Of a stretch of DNA of 64,000 nt, positions 8,897 through 17,017 are shown in pieces (position 1 is the stretch's first letter; each line of letters opens with the position of its first letter). The translations under genes were made by a program, and so were the position numbers. The notes beneath the pieces were generated by a model. That model did not search any database, was not told the origin of the DNA, and worked only from the letters and a program-made list of their open reading frames with translations. Source of the DNA: Chthonomonadales bacterium (GTDB lineage: Bacteria > Armatimonadota > Chthonomonadetes > Chthonomonadales > CAJBBX01); NCBI GenBank assembly GCA_035477595.1, contig DATIKM010000012.1, forward strand, positions 9,131 through 73,130. The letters are read 5' to 3'.

Positions 8897-9673
8897 GTGG
8901 ACACCTCCTCTTGCCCCGCCCACCCCAATCTGCCGGCCGGGATCGACCCGCAGCGCGTCCCCGCGCACGTCGCCATCATCATGGATGGCAACGGGCGGTG
9001 GGCGCAGGAGCGGGGCGAGGACCGGCTCATGGGCCACTGGCAGGGCTACCGCACCCTCAAGCAGACGGTCTACGCCGCCGCCGATCTGGGAATCCGCTAT
9101 CTGACCGTCTACGGCTTCTCCTCGGAGAACTGGCGCCGGCCGGCCTCCGAAGTCGACGGCCTCATGCAGCTCATGCTCGCGGCCATCCGCAACGAGATCG
9201 ACGAGCTGGCGGAGCGTCGCGTGCGCCTCCGGGTGATCGGGCGGATGCGCGAGCTGCCCGCCGACCTCCAGCGCGAGTTCCAGGAAGCGATGGACCGCAC
9301 CGCGGGGAACTCCGGCCTGACCTTCTCCCTGGCGATCAACTACGGCGGGCGCGCTGAGATCGTGGACGCTGTGCGGGCCCTGGCCGCGGAGGCGGTGACT
9401 GGCAGCCTCGATCCATGCTCCATCGACGAATCGGAGATCGCCAAGCGGCTCTACGCCCCCGATACGCCTGATCCCGACTTGCTCATTCGCACCGCCGGCG
9501 AGATGCGTCTCTCCAACTTCCTACTGTGGGAGACCGCCTACGCCGAGATCTGGGTCACGCCCGCCTTCTGGCCGGAGTTCAGCCGCGACATGCTCTGCCA
9601 GGCCGTGGCGGACTTCCAGAAGCGCGTGCGCAAGTTCGGCGCCGTCGCCCTGCAGCCCGACCCGTCCGCCTGA
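8897..9673 (+). CDS. uppS: Undecaprenyl (isoprenyl) diphosphate synthase
   Basis: The cis-prenyltransferase signature is present (HVAIIMDGNGRWAQERG...YLTVYGFSSENWRRPASEV...LLIRTAGEMRLSNFLLWETAYAE). Confidence 0.95.
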   Translation: MDTSSCPAHPNLPAGIDPQRVPAHVAIIMDGNGRWAQERGEDRLMGHWQGYRTLKQTVYAAADLGIRYLTVYGFSSENWRRPASEVDGLMQLMLAAIRNEIDELAERRVRLRVIGRMRELPADLQREFQEAMDRTAGNSGLTFSLAINYGGRAEIVDAVRALAAEAVTGSLDPCSIDESEIAKRLYAPDTPDPDLLIRTAGEMRLSNFLLWETAYAEIWVTPAFWPEFSRDMLCQAVADFQKRVRKFGAVALQPDPSA

Positions 9674-9797
9674 CGAAGGAACCGCCCGCCCTCACGGCGA
9701 AGCGGCCCCCCGCACGGCTTGTGTCCGCTGCATCCCACACCCGCCGCCCGCCGTCCGCGCTGCCGAGGGCGTCAGGTCCCTCCCACGGGAGCCCACG

Positions 9798-11219
9798 ATG
9801 CACTACCCGTTCTGGTATGTTCCTGGCCTCACCGCGCCGATGCTGATCGCCATAGTCGCCGTGGCCCACATTCTGGTGGCGTCCTATGCGGTGGGTGGCG
9901 GCTTCTTCCTCGCGATAGAGGTCCGTCACGCCTACCGCACCGGGAACCACGCGTACCTCGAGTACCTGCGCGGGCACGCGTGGTTCTTCATCCTGCTCAC
10001 GGAGGTCCTGGGCGCCATCACCGGGGTGGGCATCTGGTGGGCGATCGGGCTGGCCTCTCCGCTGCCCACCTCCTACCTGATCAACACCTTCGTCTTCGGC
10101 TGGGGGATGGAGTACGTCACCTTCATCGTCGAGATCGTGTCGGCGTTCCTCTTCTTCTACCTGTGGGGCAAGGTGCCGGCGCTGGTTCACCAGCGCATCG
10201 GCTTCATCTACGCCTGGTCGGCGTGGCTGAGCCTCGTGATCATCACGGGGATCACCAGCTTCATGCTCCAGCCAGGCGCCTGGCAGGGCAACTTCTGGCT
10301 TGCCATGGCGAACCCGCAGGCGCTGCCGCAGATCATGGCGCGCACGGGCGCCTCTCTCCTGCTGGCGACACTCTACGTCTACCTCCACGCCTCGTTCCGG
10401 GCCAAGCCGGCCGGCATGCGGGAGATGATCGCGAAGCGTGCGGGGCGCCCCGCAATGCTGGGCGCAGCCCTTATCACGGTCGGTGGCCTCCTCTGGCTGG
10501 CCCTCCTGCCGCCGAGCGCGCTGATGGCGATCGAGGGAGCCGCCACGCTAAACATTCTGGTGGCGCTCATCTTCGTGATCAGCGGCACCCTGTTCGCGAT
10601 GTTCTACTTCGGCGCGTACCGGAACCCGAGCTGGCTCAGCCCCGGGTTCGCGATCGTGCTGTTGGCGATGGGCTTCATGGTGACCGGCGCCGGCGAGTTC
10701 GTGCGCGAGGCCGTACGGAAGCCGTTCGTCATCTACGGCGAGGTCTACAGCCACAATCTGATGACGGCGCAGGTGAAGCCCGCCCAGACCGAGGGGTTCC
10801 TGCAGACCGGCGTCTGGACCCGGCACCACGTGACGCGCGAGTTCCCGTCCGTGATGGACGAGAGTGGCCGGGTGGTCTCAGCCAGACTCCTTGAGCTATC
10901 GCTGCCGGACAAGGTGCGCGTCGGCGAGACGCTGTATCACCACCACTGCGGGTCATGCCACGCATTGAGCGGCTACAGCGGGCTGCGCGGACTGCTGCGC
11001 GGCCGGGACCGCGAGATGCTGCGCGGCCTGATCGCCAACATGGATCGCTACCACTTCCTCATGCCGCCCTGGTCGGGCACGGCAGAAGAGGCCGAGGTGC
11101 TCAAGGAGTACCTCGCGACGATCGCGCTGCCGCATCCGTTCCGCAACGGTGGCACGGTTCGGCGGCCGTCTGGCCCGGCTCGAGTCGACGCCGGCGACCG
11201 CTCGCACACAGGAGGGTAG
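9798..11219 (+). CDS. Polytopic membrane protein with a CydA-like (cytochrome bd subunit I superfamily) N-terminal helices, fused to a C-terminal mono-haem cytochrome c domain
   Basis: The TM1 His (AIVAVAH), the LAIEV motif, GAITG, and the acidic pair in GWGMEYVTFIVEIVSAFLFFYLWG line up with E. coli CydA (H19, LAIME, GVATG, PLAIEGLMAFFLESTF). The C-terminus has one CxxCH (HHHCGSCH) plus a distal FLMPPW. The RBS GGGAG lies 5 nt upstream of the start. Confidence 0.6.
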   Translation: MHYPFWYVPGLTAPMLIAIVAVAHILVASYAVGGGFFLAIEVRHAYRTGNHAYLEYLRGHAWFFILLTEVLGAITGVGIWWAIGLASPLPTSYLINTFVFGWGMEYVTFIVEIVSAFLFFYLWGKVPALVHQRIGFIYAWSAWLSLVIITGITSFMLQPGAWQGNFWLAMANPQALPQIMARTGASLLLATLYVYLHASFRAKPAGMREMIAKRAGRPAMLGAALITVGGLLWLALLPPSALMAIEGAATLNILVALIFVISGTLFAMFYFGAYRNPSWLSPGFAIVLLAMGFMVTGAGEFVREAVRKPFVIYGEVYSHNLMTAQVKPAQTEGFLQTGVWTRHHVTREFPSVMDESGRVVSARLLELSLPDKVRVGETLYHHHCGSCHALSGYSGLRGLLRGRDREMLRGLIANMDRYHFLMPPWSGTAEEAEVLKEYLATIALPHPFRNGGTVRRPSGPARVDAGDRSHTGG

Positions 11220-11223
11220 AGCG

Positions 11224-12348
11224 ATGGACGAGTTTCCACTCGCACCGCCGAGCGCGGGGGGCAACCCGGCGCCGCTCTGGTTCCTGGTCTTCTTCAAGAC
11301 GCTGGGTTTTGCGCTGCACATGGGCCCGATGCACGTCTGGTTCGCCGGCCTTGCCCTCGCGGCGGTGCTGAGCATGGCCGGGTACGGTCATGCCAGGAGA
11401 CTTGCCCGCCGTCTCGTTAGCGCGATGCCCGTCTTCATCGCGCTGGGCGTCAACTTCGGCATCGTGCCGCTGCTCTTCGTGCAGGTGGCCTACTACCCGG
11501 TCATCTACCCGGCCAACATCCTCATGGGCTGGTTCTGGTTCTCCGTGATACCGCTCCTCATGCTCGCCTATTACGGGGTCTACTACTACGCCGTCAGCAT
11601 CCGGCGCGATCGCGTCGGGCCGCTTGCCATCGTGGCGGGGGTCGTCAGTGCGGCCTGCTTCCTAGCCATCGGGTTCATCTTCACCAACAACTTCGCGCTG
11701 ATGACGAACCACGAACAGATGCTCGCGATCTACGACCGCACGAGCGTCGCTGGCGCCGTGACCGGCCTCGCGCTGAACGCCGACGATCCCACGGTGCTTC
11801 CTCGCTGGCTGATGGTCCTCGGCCTGGCGATGACCACCACCGCAGTGTTCGTGATGGCGGACGCCGCGCTCATCGCAAAGCGGGAGACCGCCGACTACCG
11901 GGCGTGGGCGCGTCGGTTCTCCCTCGTCTTGCAGCTTGTGGGGTCGGCGTGGTTCGCGGCGTTCGGCTCGTGGTACCTCTTCGGGACGCTCGCGCCTGCC
12001 ACCCTGGCCGCAGCGCGCGCCGACCTCGCCATCACAGTCCTGATGGCGCTCACCGCCGTGGGACCGGCGCTCACGTTCGCGGCGCTGTGGATGGCATCGC
12101 GGTCCGGCGAGGCTCGCTGGGTCTGGGCGGCGGTGGCGGCTCAGTTCGTCGTTCTTGCGCTCAACGCCGTGAGCCGTCAGTGGGTGCAGAACGTCGAGCT
12201 GGCACGGTTCTTCGATCCGGCGCGCCTGCCGGTCGACACACAGATGAGCCCGCTGATCGCATTCCTCGTGACGTTCACCGTCGGGATCGCGATCATCGTC
12301 TGGATGGTGCGGCAGGCGGTTGTGGCACTCCGCGCGCAGAAGGCCTGA
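11224..12348 (+). CDS. Polytopic membrane protein (about 9-10 TM helices), probable partner subunit of the preceding gene
   Basis: The ATG at 11224 lies 4 nt after the upstream stop and is preceded by GGAGGG. The product is strongly hydrophobic with high GC3. I recognised no family. Confidence 0.6.
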   Translation: MDEFPLAPPSAGGNPAPLWFLVFFKTLGFALHMGPMHVWFAGLALAAVLSMAGYGHARRLARRLVSAMPVFIALGVNFGIVPLLFVQVAYYPVIYPANILMGWFWFSVIPLLMLAYYGVYYYAVSIRRDRVGPLAIVAGVVSAACFLAIGFIFTNNFALMTNHEQMLAIYDRTSVAGAVTGLALNADDPTVLPRWLMVLGLAMTTTAVFVMADAALIAKRETADYRAWARRFSLVLQLVGSAWFAAFGSWYLFGTLAPATLAAARADLAITVLMALTAVGPALTFAALWMASRSGEARWVWAAVAAQFVVLALNAVSRQWVQNVELARFFDPARLPVDTQMSPLIAFLVTFTVGIAIIVWMVRQAVVALRAQKA

Positions 12349-12421
12349 CCGCTCGGGAGAGACCGCCATCACGGCAGCCGGGCGCATCGTCCGTCCCGGG
12401 ACGCCGCGAGCGTCTGTGTCC

Positions 12422-13066
12422 CTATCCCTCGCCCGCCAGTCTGCGATACAGCAGATACGAGTGGACGCAGGGCCAGAGCGTCGCGCCGACCACGGCGACG
12501 AAGCAGAGCCATGGCGGGACGCCGACGAGCGCCCCGAGCCCCGCCGCCAGCCCGGTGCCCACCATCAGCCTCCCTGCCAGCCGGTGCGTCTGCCGCCAGA
12601 CGAGGTCGTTCGCGAGCGTCCACGGCGTGCGGATCCCGACCACGCTGTTGCGCCGCGTGCGGCCCATCAGGTTGCCCATGGCAGCCATCAGCAGGCAGAA
12701 GCCGGCGATGAGCGCCCGGCTCACATCCAGCCTCTCGTTGAGGCCGGCGTGGATCGTGATCGCGTGAATGAAGACGGCGAACCCCTGGAGCAGCGCCATG
12801 ATGGTGTTGAAGGCGCCGTGGAGCGGTTGCCTGCCGAGCTGCTCGCGTGAGAGGAGCGGTAGGAGCACGAGCATCAGGAGGAACACGATGCTCAGTCCGG
12901 GCGCCATCGCCACGGCGACGCTCTTGTGCGACCAGCCGTCCGGCTGGCCGTGGATGTTCCAGTGCGTGGGCACCCGGTCCGGAAGCGCGGGATACACCCA
13001 TGCTGCGTAGGCCGCCATCGCGGCGATGGCGAGCAGGCTGATGAGAACCGCCCTGCCGCGTGTCAT
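12422..13066 (-). CDS. sdpI: SdpI/YhfL-family membrane protein (DUF1648 + SdpI immunity/signal-transduction domain)
   Basis: The motif YPALPDRVPTHWNIHGQPDGW is the DUF1648 signature. ...GNLMGRTRRNSVVGIRTPWTLANDLVW is the SdpI core. There is an ATGA overlap with the upstream sdpR. Confidence 0.75.
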   Translation of the reverse strand: MTRGRAVLISLLAIAAMAAYAAWVYPALPDRVPTHWNIHGQPDGWSHKSVAVAMAPGLSIVFLLMLVLLPLLSREQLGRQPLHGAFNTIMALLQGFAVFIHAITIHAGLNERLDVSRALIAGFCLLMAAMGNLMGRTRRNSVVGIRTPWTLANDLVWRQTHRLAGRLMVGTGLAAGLGALVGVPPWLCFVAVVGATLWPCVHSYLLYRRLAGEG

Positions 13067-13353
13067 CGGTGTTCCCCTTCCTCGTCCGCACTCACGCCGA
13101 AGATGTCCATGAGGTTGGCGACAATGTCCTGGAAGACGGTGGTGTTCAGCGAGTAGACGATCTGCTGCCCCTCGCGGCGCGCGACGACGAGGTCGGCCTG
13201 CTTCAGCACGCTGTAGTGGTGCGACATCGAGGGCGCCGTGATGGGAAAGCGCTCGGCCAGCTCTCCGGCGGTCATGTCGCGCTCGTTGAGCAGGCGGATG
13301 ATGCTCCGCCGCGTGGGGTCCGCGAGCGCCTTGAAGACCGCGTCGATGGTCAT
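13063..13353 (-). CDS. sdpR: ArsR-family autorepressor of the SdpR type
   Basis: The translation is VFKALADPTRRSIIRLLNERDMTAGELAERFPITAPSMSHHYSVLKQADLVVARREGQQIVYSLNTTVFQDIV. This is a winged-HTH ArsR/SdpR pattern. Confidence 0.85.
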   Translation of the reverse strand: MTIDAVFKALADPTRRSIIRLLNERDMTAGELAERFPITAPSMSHHYSVLKQADLVVARREGQQIVYSLNTTVFQDIVANLMDIFGVSADEEGEHR

Positions 13354-13497
13354 GGTTTCGATCCCTGTACACTTGGCTAACGATCGAAGGCTTTTGCGGG
13401 TTTCGCGATGTTTCGGTCCGGCGGAACCCCTCAGCGAGGTAGCGCACGGGAGCGTACTCCCACTGGCCCCCCTACGACCGCGCAGCGCAGCCTTCGC

Positions 13498-15450
13498 TCA
13501 GGCCGCGCCTCCCTCGATGTCCGGCAGGTCGAACACGCGGAGCATCCCGGGCAGGAGCGCCGACTTGATATCGCGCGAGTCGTAGTAGCGCTCGCCCACC
13601 CAGTCCGCCATGGCGCGCCACCCGGAGGCCGCCTCCACGCCGCGGATGCGCTCGTCAAGCGCCGCTGCCAGGCGGCCGTAGAGGCCGTGCACCCCGGCGA
13701 CCCGAAGTCGCAGGTCTCCCACATCCGCCCCGGGCCATTCCGCCAGCACGTCGAGGCAGCGGAGCACATCCCAGACGCGCAGCGCGCACAGGCTGTCGTC
13801 CAGCCAGTGCAGATCGTCCGCGAGCTTGTGGATAACACCGTAGAACCGGTCCGGCGCGTAGAAGGCGTGCAGCGGGTTTGGCAGCAGGGCGCCGGCGCCG
13901 CTCACGTCGAGCACAAGGACGGCGCGACCATCCGCGCAGGTCTGGCGCAGCCACGTCCCGTGTGGCTCGAGGCAGGAAGTTCCCCCGTCCCACAACGCGA
14001 TGGTGACGCGCAGGCTCAGTCCGCGCCTGTCGATGTCGCGGAAGAGGACGCCGTGGCCCAGGAGGTCGGGCTGCGACCACCAGACCGCCGCGGTCGCCTC
14101 CAGCCGGTCCACACGCCACTGGGCGAAGAAGCGTGGGTTGAGGTCGCAGCGCTCCCGATGCGCCTCGACTCTGGCGCGCAGCCAGGCGACGGCCAGTGCG
14201 CGGCGCTCGGAGGCGGGGACGCGCGCGCGCTCCGCCTCAGCCTCCCGGAGCCGCTCGCGGCTGGCGTCGAAGACCCACCGCGACTCCGCCGACTCCTCGC
14301 GCACCTGGCCGGCCCGCGTGCACCAGAGCGCCTCCGCTGGGCGCGGCGCCACCCGGCTCTCATCCACCTCCGCCTCGCGTCCGAGCAGATGCCGCGAGAG
14401 GAACCGCGTGGCGGCGCGCGCCAGGTGCGGCGTGTAGGCGTGGCCCGCACAGTCCACCACCAGCTCCAGCGCCTCGGGTTGTCCGAACAGTCCCCACACG
14501 CGACGGCAGCGCTCCACCGTCCGCCGCGTGCCCTCGATGGGGAAGAAGTCGCCGGTCACCGCGAGTACGCATACGGGCTTCGGCGCCATCGCGAGCAGGA
14601 TGTCCTCGTGGTCGTAGCCCCGGGCGGTGAACCCGGGCCAGATCTGCTCGGCGTCCTGCGCGCCGCCGCTGAGCATGTAGGTCTGGCGGTTCATGATGAA
14701 GGTGCCCGGCGCTGCCGCCGCCACGCGCGGGTCCGCCAGCATCAGGAGCGAGCACTGCGTGCCGCCGCCCGAGTTCCCCGTGATGCCGATCCGCGCGGGG
14801 TCGACCTCGGGCCGGGCGGCGAGGTAGTCCAGGCTGCGCAGCGCATCGTGGAGCATGTAGCGGGCCTGGCTGTCTCCCAGTGGCACGCACTGCGCGCCCG
14901 AGTGGTCGTGGTCAGGGCAGCACTCGGCGATTGCGGGAGCGGCGATGGCCGGCTCCCAGTAGCTGAACCGCTCGCCCTGCCCGATCGGGTCCTGCGCCAG
15001 CACCACGAGGCCCGCAAGCGCGAGGCGCTGGCAGACCGCCTGGTACTCGGGGTAGGCCTTCGCCTGGGAAGCGTGGCCACAGAGGAAGAGCACCGCACCC
15101 GTCGGACCGTCGAGCCTATCGGGCACGTAGAGGTTCGTCGTTACGAAGGTCCGCGGCCGCGACTCGAGGATGAGCTTCTCAATGCGGTAGCCATCGCCCT
15201 CGAGGACGCCCGTCGTGCTGCACGGTGGAATGCAGGCAGTCTCCGGCAGGCCCCCGAGCGAGGCGATGAAGGTCTCCCGCAGCCGGCGCTGGTATGCCGC
15301 CACCGCGTCCGGGTCGAGCAGCGCATCGCGCGCCCTGTCTCCCGCAGCGAACGCCCGGTCCGAGCGGCGGTACACGTGGCGTTTGAGCTGGTCGCGGACG
15401 TCGTAGAACCCGTCGCCAGGCGAGGCGGCTTCGATCTCGCGCAGGGTCAT
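13498..15450 (-). CDS. Alpha/beta-fold serine hydrolase (acetyl-xylan-esterase / dienelactone-hydrolase-like) with a large C-terminal extension
   Basis: The nucleophile elbow is ITGNSGGG. An upstream LFLCGH...AQDPIGQGER segment resembles AXE1-like esterases. I chose the ATG at 15450. The ORF is open to 15582. Confidence 0.7.
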   Translation of the reverse strand: MTLREIEAASPGDGFYDVRDQLKRHVYRRSDRAFAAGDRARDALLDPDAVAAYQRRLRETFIASLGGLPETACIPPCSTTGVLEGDGYRIEKLILESRPRTFVTTNLYVPDRLDGPTGAVLFLCGHASQAKAYPEYQAVCQRLALAGLVVLAQDPIGQGERFSYWEPAIAAPAIAECCPDHDHSGAQCVPLGDSQARYMLHDALRSLDYLAARPEVDPARIGITGNSGGGTQCSLLMLADPRVAAAAPGTFIMNRQTYMLSGGAQDAEQIWPGFTARGYDHEDILLAMAPKPVCVLAVTGDFFPIEGTRRTVERCRRVWGLFGQPEALELVVDCAGHAYTPHLARAATRFLSRHLLGREAEVDESRVAPRPAEALWCTRAGQVREESAESRWVFDASRERLREAEAERARVPASERRALAVAWLRARVEAHRERCDLNPRFFAQWRVDRLEATAAVWWSQPDLLGHGVLFRDIDRRGLSLRVTIALWDGGTSCLEPHGTWLRQTCADGRAVLVLDVSGAGALLPNPLHAFYAPDRFYGVIHKLADDLHWLDDSLCALRVWDVLRCLDVLAEWPGADVGDLRLRVAGVHGLYGRLAAALDERIRGVEAASGWRAMADWVGERYYDSRDIKSALLPGMLRVFDLPDIEGGAA

Positions 15451-15745
15451 CGGACCTCTCCCAGGGCCGCGGCGCATGCGCGCGCGCCGCTCCAGCGGAG
15501 GCGCCGGCGCGCCGAGCGAGCGAACCTGCGCCCCTGCCGTCGCGCGAGCGCCACACAGCGCGTCTGCGGCGGCCGCCGCCATCGCGCGACCCGCGGCCTC
15601 CCGCTGTACGGACGATCGTTCAACTCGCTCCGTTGCCTGCCCGCGCGCCGCAACCCCACGCGCCGCTCCCTCCCGTGCGCGCGATGGGGAGGAGCCGGCC
15701 TAGCTTCCCACGAATGGGAGAGCACGATTGCAGGAGGCGCACGCG

Positions 15746-17017
15746 ATGCTCGACGCTCGATGGTGCCTGATGGCGGCAGCGCTGGCGATGGTCCTCGGCG
15801 CACTGCCCGCCGCCGGCCGTCCCGCGGCCTGGCGTATCCGCGACGGCAGGTTCTACGACAGAGGGCAACCGGTCTTCCTCAAGATCGCCAAGCCACTCCG
15901 CAACTTCGCGCTGGAGGGAGACTGCAACCGCCTCATCGCGGACCTCCCCATCCTTCGCGCCAAGCACTACAACACTATTGAGATCAACTGCTACTGGCAC
16001 CACTTCGACCGTGACGGCGACGGCGAGCCAGATGTCTCGCTCGCGCCGCTCAGGCGGCTTGTTGACGCGATCCACGCCGCCGGCATGTACCCGTGCCTCT
16101 CCGTGGAGACCTACGGCGTCGGTGGGGGCGCGCTGCCCGAAGGGTTCTGGAGGCGGCATCCGGACGCCGTCGCCGTGAACGCCCAGGGACGCAGGGTGAC
16201 CGACACCGAGTACGGCTTCGGCTCCATCGTCCCGTCCCTGCACCACGTCGCCTACCGTGAGACCGTCCACCGCTTCATCCGCGCCATGACGCGGGGCATC
16301 GACCACCGCAAGATCCTGTGGTTCGAGACCACGGTCGAGCCGCAGTACATCGGCAACCAGCCGATCGACTACAGCGAGAGCGCCAGGCGCGCCTACTCGG
16401 CGTGGCTCGCGCGCAGAGGCCTGCGCGGGCCGGCGTTCCCCGACCGGTTGCCCGCGCCCGACAGCTTCGTGCGCGACGCCACCTGGAACCGGTTCCGCGC
16501 GGAGGCGCTCGCCGAGTGGGTGAACGGCGATGCCGCAGCCTTCCGCTCCGTGGCGGGGAGGGACGCCTACATCGCGGTGGACTACCTCGAGACCGCCGGA
16601 CCCGAGATGGTGTTCCGAAACGGCGACTCCCTCGTGTTCCTGGAGAACCTCACGAGCGCGACGGTAATCCAGGTGAACTGGCACTGGCATCTGGGGACGC
16701 GCTCGCCCAACGAGCTGGCCTACCGCAACCTGCGCGAGGTGATGGCGCGCACCCGCAGGAGGTGGGCCATCAGCGAGCATATGACGCTGAACGGGTCCGA
16801 CTTCCAGCCGCAGGAAGTGCCGGCGCTCCTGCGCGCAACGCTGGAGCGCGGCTCCCTGCTCGGGTGGGAGTTCGTCAGCGTGGGGCCCAACACTGCGGAC
16901 CCCTTCTCGCTCTACCGGGACGACTGGTCCCCCAAGCCGCTCATCGCCGAGGTGGACGACCGCTGGGACTCGTGGATGCAGGAGGTGCGCGCCGCGTGGC
17001 GACGGCGTTCACCGTGA
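15746..17017 (+). CDS. Secreted TIM-barrel glycoside hydrolase, GH42/beta-galactosidase-like
   Basis: There is a signal peptide (MLDARWCLMAAALAMVLGALPAAG). An AGGAGG RBS lies 8 nt upstream of the start. The pattern HYNTIEINCYWHHFD...LVDAIHAAGMY...FWRRHPDAVAVNAQG...WFETTVEPQY resembles the GH42 N-terminal barrel. Confidence 0.6.
   Translation: MLDARWCLMAAALAMVLGALPAAGRPAAWRIRDGRFYDRGQPVFLKIAKPLRNFALEGDCNRLIADLPILRAKHYNTIEINCYWHHFDRDGDGEPDVSLAPLRRLVDAIHAAGMYPCLSVETYGVGGGALPEGFWRRHPDAVAVNAQGRRVTDTEYGFGSIVPSLHHVAYRETVHRFIRAMTRGIDHRKILWFETTVEPQYIGNQPIDYSESARRAYSAWLARRGLRGPAFPDRLPAPDSFVRDATWNRFRAEALAEWVNGDAAAFRSVAGRDAYIAVDYLETAGPEMVFRNGDSLVFLENLTSATVIQVNWHWHLGTRSPNELAYRNLREVMARTRRRWAISEHMTLNGSDFQPQEVPALLRATLERGSLLGWEFVSVGPNTADPFSLYRDDWSPKPLIAEVDDRWDSWMQEVRAAWRRRSP

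Noticed and set aside
12422-13447. 341-aa minus-strand ORF suggesting one long protein
   Set aside because: The upstream 127 codons run in a different frame across the sdpR gene and are motif-free. The SdpI homology starts at the ATG at 13066, which overlaps the sdpR stop as ATGA.
13408-15981. 857-aa plus-strand ORF
   Set aside because: It lies antisense to the alpha/beta hydrolase gene (13498..15450). The translation is Arg/Ala/Pro/Gly-rich and low-complexity with no motifs, the typical shadow ORF of a high-GC gene. The opposite strand has clear catalytic motifs.
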